The translations under genes were made by a program, and so were the position numbers. The notes under the pieces are model-generated. The model was not told where the DNA came from. It saw only the letters and a list, made by a program, of their open reading frames with translations, and ran no database searches. From the IMG/VR virus record IMGVR_UViG_3300043119_000318: DNA of 64,000 nt; one strand, given 5' to 3'. Below, in pieces: positions 35,074 to 43,336 of this stretch (positions are counted from its first letter, which is position 1; each line of letters starts with the position of its first letter). The stretch comes from a virus. Taxonomy: Duplodnaviria; Heunggongvirae; Uroviricota; Caudoviricetes.

Positions 35074-35085
35074 GCAATGCAAGAA

Positions 35086-35105
35086 GCCCTACACCTTGTA
35101 GGGTC
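35086..35105 (-). terminator. Terminator hairpin of the repeated cassette, downstream of cobT.
   Basis: GCCCTACAccttTGTAGGGTC. Confidence 0.5.
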
Positions 35106-35112
35106 TTCTCGC

Positions 35113-37209
35113 TCAGGCGACGTACCCGATGAACTTGTTCAGCAGCACACGAGAAGTCTTTTTATTTCCCATAAATTTCGAGAAATTCCTAGCGATTGCA
35201 GCGGCAGACATATCAGAAGCAGCTTTAATTTCACCGTCATTAATTTTAGTCGAGCTCGCAGGAACCAAAAACAATTCGTCACGACCAGCATTTGTCAAAG
35301 ATGCATAACCAAACTCTTTGAATTCTTTACGAATGTCAACAATAGTTTGCGTCATATCAGCACGAAACTCTGGAATATTATTGTTGATGGCGTTTCGAAT
35401 CACACCCGAATTATTGTTGCAGATGTAAAAACCCACAACATTAATTCGGTATCGGTCCTTAATCATATTCAAAATAGAGCAGGTTTGCACAGTTTCGTTA
35501 GATGAAAATTCATAATTCTTTTTCGTGTAAATATCACGAACGAAATGTTTATTCTTGAAATAAACATGCCTACCAAAAGAATCCTGCTCCCATCCGTTAG
35601 GTTGGAGGCGACCTTTATTAGAATACAACTCTCCACCCTCTCCATCAGTCAGAGTGATCAGAGTCATTTTCTCGATGTTTCGATTCTTGATAAATTTGTC
35701 GATATAATTATACATATAGACCAATGCCTCATTCAAAGGAGTTCCTCCCAAACTATATCCGCCCTGTTTCTGACGGAAAAAGGAATAGGTAGTCAACGTC
35801 CGACGAATCATAGTATTGAAATCAGCAGAGGACATTTTATCAGAGAACAACTCTAGCAGATTGAAAGTGCCAGAATTATTGCAAATCACTTGTTTGTCTG
35901 CTAGCGAATCAGGAGAATATGGCTTATAGATATTATCTCCTTTATAATAGCTAGTGAATGCAAACACCTGATACGGAATGTTGGCACGCTGGCAAAACAT
36001 CGCCAGATTAATCACCTGTTTGATAGTGTCTTGAATAACATCAATCATAGAACCAGACCAATCCAGAAGGAAAACCATACCATGGTTCTTGCCAGCAGGA
36101 ATAGTGGTGACACGTTTGAACAAATCGTCGTTCAACTTATACGACCAAACCTTGCCCATATCCAAAGAACCAGACTTCGAAGTCTGAGCTCGTTTGTACA
36201 ACGTGGCAGATTTACGCATCTCGAATTCTTTCACGAGATAACTCACAACTCGATCAGTCTCCTGCTTAAACTGTGAGATATACATCGAATCCACATACTC
36301 ATCAACTTCCTTAGTCTCATTCAGGATGGTTTTGTATCCAACGATCGGGTCTTCTTTATATTGAGACTCCAACTCATAATACGTATACCGAACAGAAGAA
36401 TCTGCCAAGGAAGCCAGTTTTTTATCGAAAGCATCTGCAGTCTTGGCTTCCAGATCTTCTTCCTCAATTTTCGGTTTGCGAATAGACCTTGACGACTTCC
36501 GATCAGAATCATCATCGTACTCGTCTTCATCATCTTCGTCATCATCATAGGAAGAAGAGCTACCGAATTCTTCATCGGTATCATCTTCGTCTTCATCATC
36601 GAAGTAGTCTGAATCATCACCACTGAATTCGTCATCGAATTCCCGTTTATCTGCATCATTCTTATGCTTAGAGTACTCCCTAATCTCGTTAGCCAAGGAG
36701 ATGATATCGTCGATGGTCTCGGTGTTTTCTGCTCGGTTAACGAATTGCTTTTCTTTAGGTGTGAACGTGACTCCGCAATCAAAACCAACCTTAAAGTAAA
36801 GATTGAGTTTGTCAATCAGAAGCAGGGTATTCAGATTCTTCGCAGATTTAATTCCAAAGAAATCTCGCTGATTCAGTTGGCGATATCCCTCAGTCATCGT
36901 TTTACGAATACCCGGATAGAGTCGCTTGATCAGTTTTTCTACACGAACATCTTCTAGGATGTTCATGTACGACATAAGCGCAGGATTTTCTTTAATGGGT
37001 TTGATGTAGGAGACATCAGTGAACAGAGCGTGACCGACCTCATGTCCGATCAACATCGACTCAATCTCCGGCGTGGTGTCTTTCCAATTAGGAAGCGTCA
37101 ACGTCCGATTCTTAATGTCGAAGGACGCGGTGGAAGTTGGCGCACGAACAACGGAGATGTTCTCGGTAGCCAGCAGCTTGGCTGACAGATCAAAGGTGTT
37201 TTGTTTCAT
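35113..37209 (-). CDS. cobT: CobT-like protein with an acidic Asp/Glu tract and a C-terminal von Willebrand A domain.
   Basis: A long DDEDEDD... tract. vWA-type MVFLLDWSGSM (MIDAS DxSxS). Paired with cobS as in marine myoviruses. Confidence 0.6.
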   Translation of the reverse strand: MKQNTFDLSAKLLATENISVVRAPTSTASFDIKNRTLTLPNWKDTTPEIESMLIGHEVGHALFTDVSYIKPIKENPALMSYMNILEDVRVEKLIKRLYPGIRKTMTEGYRQLNQRDFFGIKSAKNLNTLLLIDKLNLYFKVGFDCGVTFTPKEKQFVNRAENTETIDDIISLANEIREYSKHKNDADKREFDDEFSGDDSDYFDDEDEDDTDEEFGSSSSYDDDEDDEDEYDDDSDRKSSRSIRKPKIEEEDLEAKTADAFDKKLASLADSSVRYTYYELESQYKEDPIVGYKTILNETKEVDEYVDSMYISQFKQETDRVVSYLVKEFEMRKSATLYKRAQTSKSGSLDMGKVWSYKLNDDLFKRVTTIPAGKNHGMVFLLDWSGSMIDVIQDTIKQVINLAMFCQRANIPYQVFAFTSYYKGDNIYKPYSPDSLADKQVICNNSGTFNLLELFSDKMSSADFNTMIRRTLTTYSFFRQKQGGYSLGGTPLNEALVYMYNYIDKFIKNRNIEKMTLITLTDGEGGELYSNKGRLQPNGWEQDSFGRHVYFKNKHFVRDIYTKKNYEFSSNETVQTCSILNMIKDRYRINVVGFYICNNNSGVIRNAINNNIPEFRADMTQTIVDIRKEFKEFGYASLTNAGRDELFLVPASSTKINDGEIKAASDMSAAAIARNFSKFMGNKKTSRVLLNKFIGYVA

Positions 37210-37212
37210 GGC

Positions 37213-37386
37213 TCAAGTATACTCCAGGTCTGAATTAAAGGCAAGACAATACTCGTGCTCTTCGATGAGAGTCTCGAGGTAGACACGGTTGGTGATCCTA
37301 CGGTCTGACCCAAAATTCACGTAGTCGTGCAAGTTGTATGAGACTGCCAGTTCAGCGAGCTCAAAGTCAGAGAAGTCGTTCCACAT
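37213..37386 (-). CDS. Hypothetical small protein.
   Basis: Lies downstream of the promoter at 37414-37442. The start was set at the internal Met preceded by AGGAAAG. Confidence 0.25.
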   Translation of the reverse strand: MWNDFSDFELAELAVSYNLHDYVNFGSDRRITNRVYLETLIEEHEYCLAFNSDLEYT

Positions 37387-37413
37387 GTTTAGCTTTCCTA
37401 AGTTCATACAGTT

Positions 37414-37442
37414 ATTATACTGTAGATGTGAATAAAAGTAAA
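37414..37442 (-). promoter_or_regulatory. Sigma70-type promoter variant TTTACT-17-TATAAT.
   Basis: Same cassette architecture with a weaker -35. Downstream of the hairpin at 37457-37476. Confidence 0.45.
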
Positions 37443-37456
37443 GCTAAGAACAAAAA

Positions 37457-37476
37457 GACCCTACGGTCTGTAGGGT
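37457..37476 (-). terminator. Terminator hairpin of the repeated cassette, downstream of gp46.
   Basis: GACCCTACggtctGTAGGGTC, identical to the stem-loop at 33822. The minus strand is followed by TTTTTG. Confidence 0.55.
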
Positions 37477-39194
37477 CATGGGGAAGCGATCACAGAAAAA
37501 TCGTTGCGCTTTTCGAATCGAATAGTTGATCTAAACTTATCAAATAACTGGTCACCTTTATGGCTAATAACAAAGATATTAGTTTTATCACCAAATTGAT
37601 CCATAAGATTAACAAAGTAATCAGTGCCTGCCGTGTCTAAAGAAGAATCAAAAATCTCATCAAGCAACAACAGATTAGTATTAACCGAGTTCTTCATCTT
37701 AGCAATTTGACGCCAAGTAAATAGAATTGCTAAATCAATTCTCATTTTCTCACCTTCCGAAAAGGAAGCATAAGTAAAATCATCACGGAATCTGGACTTA
37801 ATACTTTCGTTAAAAGATTCGTCTAATTCAAAGTGAATATAAGTATCCATCGCGTTTAAATACTTGTTGATCAACTTATTCATAACAGGAAGATACTCTC
37901 TAATGATAGCAGTCTTAATACCATTATCCTTTAAGAGAACAGAAGCAACTTCTTCTAGATCTCGCTTCTCAGCCAATATAGATTTATACTTTATTTTAGA
38001 CATGGCATCAGCAGCCAGTTCTTTTAACTTACGCTTCTCTTCGTCAATATTTGTAGTATCTTCTTTGTGGAGATTCAGTTCATCTTGAAGAGATTTGTTC
38101 ATCTTATTCAACATAGAAATGTTGGCATTATATGTAGAAACGGTAATATTTTTATCTGTTATTTGCTTTAACAACTCATTGACATTCAATAAATCAGCGT
38201 TTAACTTGTTCAGGATTTCTTCAAGATCAGCTAATCGTTTGTTCTCGACAGCAACCTTAGTAGTCAACTCACTGATAATGGTTTCTTTATGAGTGTGTGG
38301 AATGCCTTGCGTGCAGGACGGGCATACTGAATTCTCATTGAAGAATTGAGTTTGATCTTCGAACTGCTCGAGTTGGGAAGAGACTTTAGATTTAATCCCA
38401 GTCGCTTTTTTAAGTTCACTATCAATTTTACTCTTGACCTGAGTCTGTGATTGGAGTGTGGTAATCTCAGCAAGTGTTGCAGCCACCGCACTTTCGCTGG
38501 AGAGTATTTGTTCGTTATTATCTTTGATTTTAGATAATAAAGATTCAATAACTTCTGACTTGGCAGCTGCAATAGTTTTAATGAGAATATTCTGTCCATC
38601 AACTTTAGTCTTCGCGACGTCAATCTCTTGTGCGGTCCTCTCAATTTCAGATTTCGTTTCAATTGATTTTTCCTTTAAAAGCTGATTCATGACAGAAAAA
38701 ATACGGATATCTAAAATATCCTCAATCACTTCACGACGTTGATGTGAAGATAATTGCATGAAGGGAACGAACGATGCGCTACCCAAGATAACGACTTGAG
38801 TGAACGTCTTATAGTTCAAACGAAGAATTTGTTGCTCAAGAACTTTTTGATAGTCACGAGAAGCAGCTTCCTGGTTCAAGACGACACCATCAATTTTGAT
38901 TTCAAAGATATTTGGTTTGATGCCGCGGATCACTTGGTATTCTTTACCGTTGATCTCAAAGTCAATGGTAACGAGACACTTTTTACCATTGATAGAATTT
39001 ACCAGCTGCCCTTTATTGATGTTACGGAAAGGTTTACCGAACAAGGCAAAACAGAGAGCATCTAAAATCGTGCTCTTTCCCTCACCATTCTTACCGATGA
39101 TAAGAGTAGTGGTAGAACGGTCAAGTAAAACTTTGTTGGGAGAGTTGCCTGTGGATAAAAAATTCATCCACTCTATACATTTAAACGTGATCAA
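37476..39194 (-). CDS. 46: Recombination endonuclease subunit (gp46, Rad50/SbcC-like).
   Basis: N-terminal Walker A GKNGEGKST, a long coiled coil with a CxxC zinc hook (CPSCTQ) and the C-terminal signature LLLDEIFDSSLD. Confidence 0.75.
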   Translation of the reverse strand: MITFKCIEWMNFLSTGNSPNKVLLDRSTTTLIIGKNGEGKSTILDALCFALFGKPFRNINKGQLVNSINGKKCLVTIDFEINGKEYQVIRGIKPNIFEIKIDGVVLNQEAASRDYQKVLEQQILRLNYKTFTQVVILGSASFVPFMQLSSHQRREVIEDILDIRIFSVMNQLLKEKSIETKSEIERTAQEIDVAKTKVDGQNILIKTIAAAKSEVIESLLSKIKDNNEQILSSESAVAATLAEITTLQSQTQVKSKIDSELKKATGIKSKVSSQLEQFEDQTQFFNENSVCPSCTQGIPHTHKETIISELTTKVAVENKRLADLEEILNKLNADLLNVNELLKQITDKNITVSTYNANISMLNKMNKSLQDELNLHKEDTTNIDEEKRKLKELAADAMSKIKYKSILAEKRDLEEVASVLLKDNGIKTAIIREYLPVMNKLINKYLNAMDTYIHFELDESFNESIKSRFRDDFTYASFSEGEKMRIDLAILFTWRQIAKMKNSVNTNLLLLDEIFDSSLDTAGTDYFVNLMDQFGDKTNIFVISHKGDQLFDKFRSTIRFEKRNDFSVIASP

Positions 39195-40264
39195 ACTACC
39201 TCCGCATTAATAGCTTCCGTGTAAAGAGATTTCATAAAAGTTTTGATTTCTTCTTTATCAGAATCAGTTTCAATAGAATCAATGAAGTTCGACAAAACAG
39301 ATAGAGTATCTTCTAGATCAATCTCTTCACCAACATCACCTTCTACGAATTCAGAAAGATCTTCAATGATCTTTATTTCGTTACATCCCTTATTATACAG
39401 TTTCTGAACGAACTTATCAAATTTATAATAGTCTGTCTTGTTCGCGACAATGAGGCGAATGTACATACCCTTTAGATCGAGAGCATCTAGATCGACTGGC
39501 TCGGTATCTTTGTCGTCATACTCGATTCTTTGGAACATTGTATAATAATTCTGTATAAACTGGAGCTCTCTTGTATCGAGGTCAAACAAGTGGAATCCTC
39601 GGGGATCATTATAGTCCTGCCACGTGAGTTCGTAAGGATTCCCGAGATAGTGAATATGCCCGTTATTGTTGCGGTGATGATAATGCCCAGAGAAAACCAG
39701 GTCGAATTTATCAAAAATTTCTTTAGAAAGTCCACCATGTGATTCCATACCTCTATACATAGAAAATCCTGCGATTTCAAAATGCCCCATACACAATTCG
39801 GCTTTGGTGTCTCGCATAACATCAATACTTGTTTGATAGTTGTCAGAGCATATCCAAGGAACCATACAAATAGGAATGCCATCAATGTAGATGGTTTCCG
39901 GATTAGATATGACGTTAATGTTTCCGTACTCTTGTAGTAACAAGTCAGGAGAGTTAACTTCATTGGTATTCTTGTATGTGGTATCATGATTACCAACAAT
40001 CATATGGATATTAATTCCACGTTCTTCCAATGGATCAAAAAAGATTCTTTTTGCATGATGTAGAGATATATGATTAGTATATTTTCTTCTATCGAATGTA
40101 TCACCTAACATTAATACTGTATTTATTTCATGCTCATCTAATAATGGTATAAAAATATTAGTATAAAATTTATCAAAAAAATCAATAAAAACTAGGCTGT
40201 CATTGCGGGCGCCCCAGTGTGTATCAGTTATTATAGCTACTTTATTCAACATAACTCCAATCAT
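39191..40264 (-). CDS. 47: Recombination nuclease subunit (gp47, Mre11/SbcD-like).
   Basis: Calcineurin-like phosphoesterase motifs (DTHWG, GDTFD, GNHD). Coupled to gp46. Confidence 0.75.
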   Translation of the reverse strand: MIGVMLNKVAIITDTHWGARNDSLVFIDFFDKFYTNIFIPLLDEHEINTVLMLGDTFDRRKYTNHISLHHAKRIFFDPLEERGINIHMIVGNHDTTYKNTNEVNSPDLLLQEYGNINVISNPETIYIDGIPICMVPWICSDNYQTSIDVMRDTKAELCMGHFEIAGFSMYRGMESHGGLSKEIFDKFDLVFSGHYHHRNNNGHIHYLGNPYELTWQDYNDPRGFHLFDLDTRELQFIQNYYTMFQRIEYDDKDTEPVDLDALDLKGMYIRLIVANKTDYYKFDKFVQKLYNKGCNEIKIIEDLSEFVEGDVGEEIDLEDTLSVLSNFIDSIETDSDKEEIKTFMKSLYTEAINAEVV

Positions 40265-40934
40265 TTATTTTATTTTTACACCAACGTCTGATAGAAACTG
40301 GATGTACTCCTACAGCGCAACTAGCTTCAAATGCGTCATTATATAAAACGTCACCACATTTAACTTTTTTTATATTAGTTCTGGGTGTTCTCTGTGATAA
40401 GTCTTTAGATCCTTTGGGTCTTCCATGAACTAATCTATTGAGCATAGCGTCTGAAGGATTTTTCCATTTTTCTAACATCCAATTTGATTGAAAATTTTTA
40501 TTTCTTTCAGACAATCTCTTTTTCTTTAATAGACCATCTTCTGAATTCCAATATTGTTTGGTTTTATTAGAAACAATTTTTTTAGTTTCTAAACTACGCT
40601 TCCTTGAACAAAATCCTTTAGTTGCTATACTATGATTAAAATATTGATCAGAAAGAACATCCATTTTTATGTGTAAGTCTCGCTCATGCTCAACCAACTG
40701 TATAGCAGTTAAATCTTTATATTCAGCTAAAATTTCAAATTTAAAATTTTCTGGATTTCGTTTTTGTTCTTTCCACCAGTCTCTTAAAGATTTACCGCAG
40801 GTGTATTCATATATTTGTTTAGAGTCTACAGAACCGTAGTAGTTACCCTTATAGTCATATTTTGAACCTATATAATATTTCGGGTAACTCGTTCCGATGT
40901 GTGGTAAATAAGTAATCATGTAAAGTATGTGCAT
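40242..40934 (-). CDS. GIY-YIG family homing endonuclease (seg-like).
   Basis: N-terminal KYYIGSK...YYGS GIY-YIG core with a basic C-terminal DNA-binding region. Inserted between gp47 and an AAA ATPase gene. Confidence 0.6.
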   Translation of the reverse strand: MHILYMITYLPHIGTSYPKYYIGSKYDYKGNYYGSVDSKQIYEYTCGKSLRDWWKEQKRNPENFKFEILAEYKDLTAIQLVEHERDLHIKMDVLSDQYFNHSIATKGFCSRKRSLETKKIVSNKTKQYWNSEDGLLKKKRLSERNKNFQSNWMLEKWKNPSDAMLNRLVHGRPKGSKDLSQRTPRTNIKKVKCGDVLYNDAFEASCAVGVHPVSIRRWCKNKINDWSYVE

Positions 40935-40948
40935 TTTAATATCCTCCT

Positions 40949-40985
40949 ACACTTATTTAGGGAATTTAGTTTTTCAAATAAGTGT
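40949..40985 (-). terminator. Hairpin with a 10-bp stem downstream of the AAA ATPase gene.
   Basis: ACACTTATTT-17 nt-AAATAAGTGT. Confidence 0.4.
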
Positions 40986-40999
40986 CGAGGTTATAATAA

Positions 41000-42184
41000 T
41001 TAAACGAACCCAACCTTCCTTCTAGATGCTGCATTATTTGCATTAACAGTCTGTTCATTGAACACTTCAGCGATAGAATAATTTTTAGTTTCACTACCTC
41101 TTGGGCGAACTGGCAGCTTAACGTTCAACTTGTCTGCCAGGGCTTGAGCTTCTTGAACGTTCAGTGTGTCAAAAGAGATAACATCGAAGCAGCGTCCTGG
41201 GCGAACTAGAGCAGAGTCGATGTCATTAATACTTGGAAGGTTAGTCGAGAAAACCAGCTTCTTACCTTTAGTGGTAACCAGACCATCACCAACGTTCAGG
41301 AAACGGTGCATCATAGTGTTGCCATCGCTTCGAGACTTCAAGAAAGCATCGCTGTCTTCGAGAACCATAACAGCGCAGTCATCTTCAATAAACCGGGCAA
41401 ACAGATAGTCCTTCTCGAGGATAGCTGCGTCGTAGGTAACCATTGCAGAGGAATCTGTGTGGGAAAGCAATCCACGAATGAATGTGGTCTTGCCAGTACC
41501 AGGAGGTCCAATCAAAAGAAGGATGTTGGCAGAAGAAGCCATATAACGTTCGTAATATGATTCCAGCGACTCACCCTTAAGGAAAGGATACATTTCGGCA
41601 ACAGGTAGACGCTCGCGGTTCAACGGAACGTTGACCGAGTTGCCGTCAGCGGAATAGATCCACTCAATGTGCGAGGTGACGATGTCAAAAGAATTTTCAA
41701 CCTTATCCAAGATGCACTCAGCGAAATCCAAATCACCGAAACAACGAACACTCGTCGTGTTGTTATTCACACTGTACGTGATATAGTTATCAGTGTCTTC
41801 CTCGATGATGAATCCAGAAGATGCGCTGCCTTGTACAAAAAAGAAAGATTGAAATTGTTTCTCAGACCATTCAGACCAGCGTGCGCGGTTACACAGAACT
41901 GTAGTCTCACGATGAACAGTCTGCTTACCTGCAGATACTCGACGCTGTAGAATTTGAGTTGTGATCAGATCATCAAAGTCCGAAACACCAAGAAAGATTT
42001 TATTTTCAGTTTGCATAATATGTGGTAGGTTTAATTGATTGTCTTGAGCATCCCATGTAAATTTCTTTACAGTTTTTTTAGATGGTTTACCTTTTCGCTT
42101 TTTTGAACCGTAACGGGTTTGTTTTTTATTATTCACGTGATTCACCCAATTAACTGGGTCCCATTCATTGTTGTTCTGACTCAT
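41000..42184 (-). CDS. AAA+ ATPase of unknown role.
   Basis: Walker A GPPGTGKTT, Walker B VMVLEDSD and a sensor region. Confidence 0.55.
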   Translation of the reverse strand: MSQNNNEWDPVNWVNHVNNKKQTRYGSKKRKGKPSKKTVKKFTWDAQDNQLNLPHIMQTENKIFLGVSDFDDLITTQILQRRVSAGKQTVHRETTVLCNRARWSEWSEKQFQSFFFVQGSASSGFIIEEDTDNYITYSVNNNTTSVRCFGDLDFAECILDKVENSFDIVTSHIEWIYSADGNSVNVPLNRERLPVAEMYPFLKGESLESYYERYMASSANILLLIGPPGTGKTTFIRGLLSHTDSSAMVTYDAAILEKDYLFARFIEDDCAVMVLEDSDAFLKSRSDGNTMMHRFLNVGDGLVTTKGKKLVFSTNLPSINDIDSALVRPGRCFDVISFDTLNVQEAQALADKLNVKLPVRPRGSETKNYSIAEVFNEQTVNANNAASRRKVGFV

Positions 42185-42719
42185 CAGTATCAGTCTCTAT
42201 AAAATCGTTGAGAGAAGGATTTTTTGGTTTAGCTTTGGCTGGCTTTTTCTTTGTTAAGAAAGAATCATCGAATGAGGTATTGCTTTGCATATAATCGATA
42301 TACATATTTTTATAATCACCAATATCATCTTGATCTTGTAGTGCAAATACATCAAACGGTATCTCTTGAATTAGTTTATTCTTTATGTAGGAATGTTTCT
42401 TTTCTTTTTGAATCCTGCGCAAGAAGGCGTAATAAATTATCTGCGTGAAATAAGAAAATGGATTGCTATACTTATCCGCGTCAAAATTATTGAAATATTG
42501 TATGCAATTTTCTACACCATCAAGAATCATATCATCGCGATATGAGTAATTAATAAAATTTGGTTTATATGATAAATGCGTGGCTATTTTTAGAATACAC
42601 TCACCAATATAATTGCTAATGATTGGAGGTTCTTTCCCAGTTTCAGCTGCGATCTTAATTAATTCTTTGTGTTCTTTAATTGCAGCTAAAAATTTAGCAT
42701 TATCAACATAGTCTGCCAT
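42165..42719 (-). CDS. 55: Late-transcription sigma factor (gp55 homologue).
   Basis: Similar to T4 gp55 across its length. C-terminal PSLNDFIE resembles T4 gp55 SLDFLYE (clamp-interaction). Confidence 0.75.
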   Translation of the reverse strand: MADYVDNAKFLAAIKEHKELIKIAAETGKEPPIISNYIGECILKIATHLSYKPNFINYSYRDDMILDGVENCIQYFNNFDADKYSNPFSYFTQIIYYAFLRRIQKEKKHSYIKNKLIQEIPFDVFALQDQDDIGDYKNMYIDYMQSNTSFDDSFLTKKKPAKAKPKNPSLNDFIETDTDESEQQ

Positions 42720-42865
42720 GTAAACCCTTTTTATTGTTCATAGACGTAAGTATACCTCATGCAATGAAATAAAGCAAATAATGTTCTGCTTGGAGTTGCA
42801 AGAAAATTTATTTGCTTTATTTTTGGTTGCCGGGTAAAATAACCCATGTTGGGTTTGATGAGTGA

Positions 42866-43336
42866 TCAATTAAGTGTTTTGTTACCCTCTATGAAGAACT
42901 TGTCTAAGTCTTCTTTATCTAATTCATCTAACGGTGGAAGTCCGACCATAGCAGATAAACGATTCAATTTATCCCTAAGCTCTTCAAGACTCATAGGATT
43001 TTCTTCTAGGTCGCCGTCTTCATTCTCGTAAACAGATGCTTCACGTTCTGCTGGCTTGACTAGAGCGATGTACTTGCTGACCATCAATTGATGCATCTCT
43101 TTCACATACATCACATGATACCTATCTAAGAAGTAGTTAGGATCTGCAGAGAACGGACATAATGGCGAAGCTGTCATTTGCTCCACTGCCTTATCGTCTA
43201 TCATCTGGTGTGTTATCTTAACGACGACTGGATATTTTAATTGCACGGTATCCTCGTCTTCGTCTACTAAAATTGCAAGTAAGTGCTCTCCAGAGATCAA
43301 TTTTACAGCAACGAAAAAATCGTTTTCATCTATCAT
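42866..43336 (-). CDS. Hypothetical acidic protein (uvsW.1 position).
   Basis: A 156-aa ORF coupled to uvsW. Confidence 0.3.
   Translation of the reverse strand: MIDENDFFVAVKLISGEHLLAILVDEDEDTVQLKYPVVVKITHQMIDDKAVEQMTASPLCPFSADPNYFLDRYHVMYVKEMHQLMVSKYIALVKPAEREASVYENEDGDLEENPMSLEELRDKLNRLSAMVGLPPLDELDKEDLDKFFIEGNKTLN

Noticed and set aside
35019-35082. Extended N-termini in the ORF track for cobS, the thioredoxin, the RNA ligase, the 150-aa ORF at 33374 and the basic-repeat protein.
   Set aside because: The extensions run through mapped TTGACT-17-TATAAT promoters or overlap upstream genes. Internal Met codons with AAGGA/GGAG Shine-Dalgarno sequences are more plausible starts.
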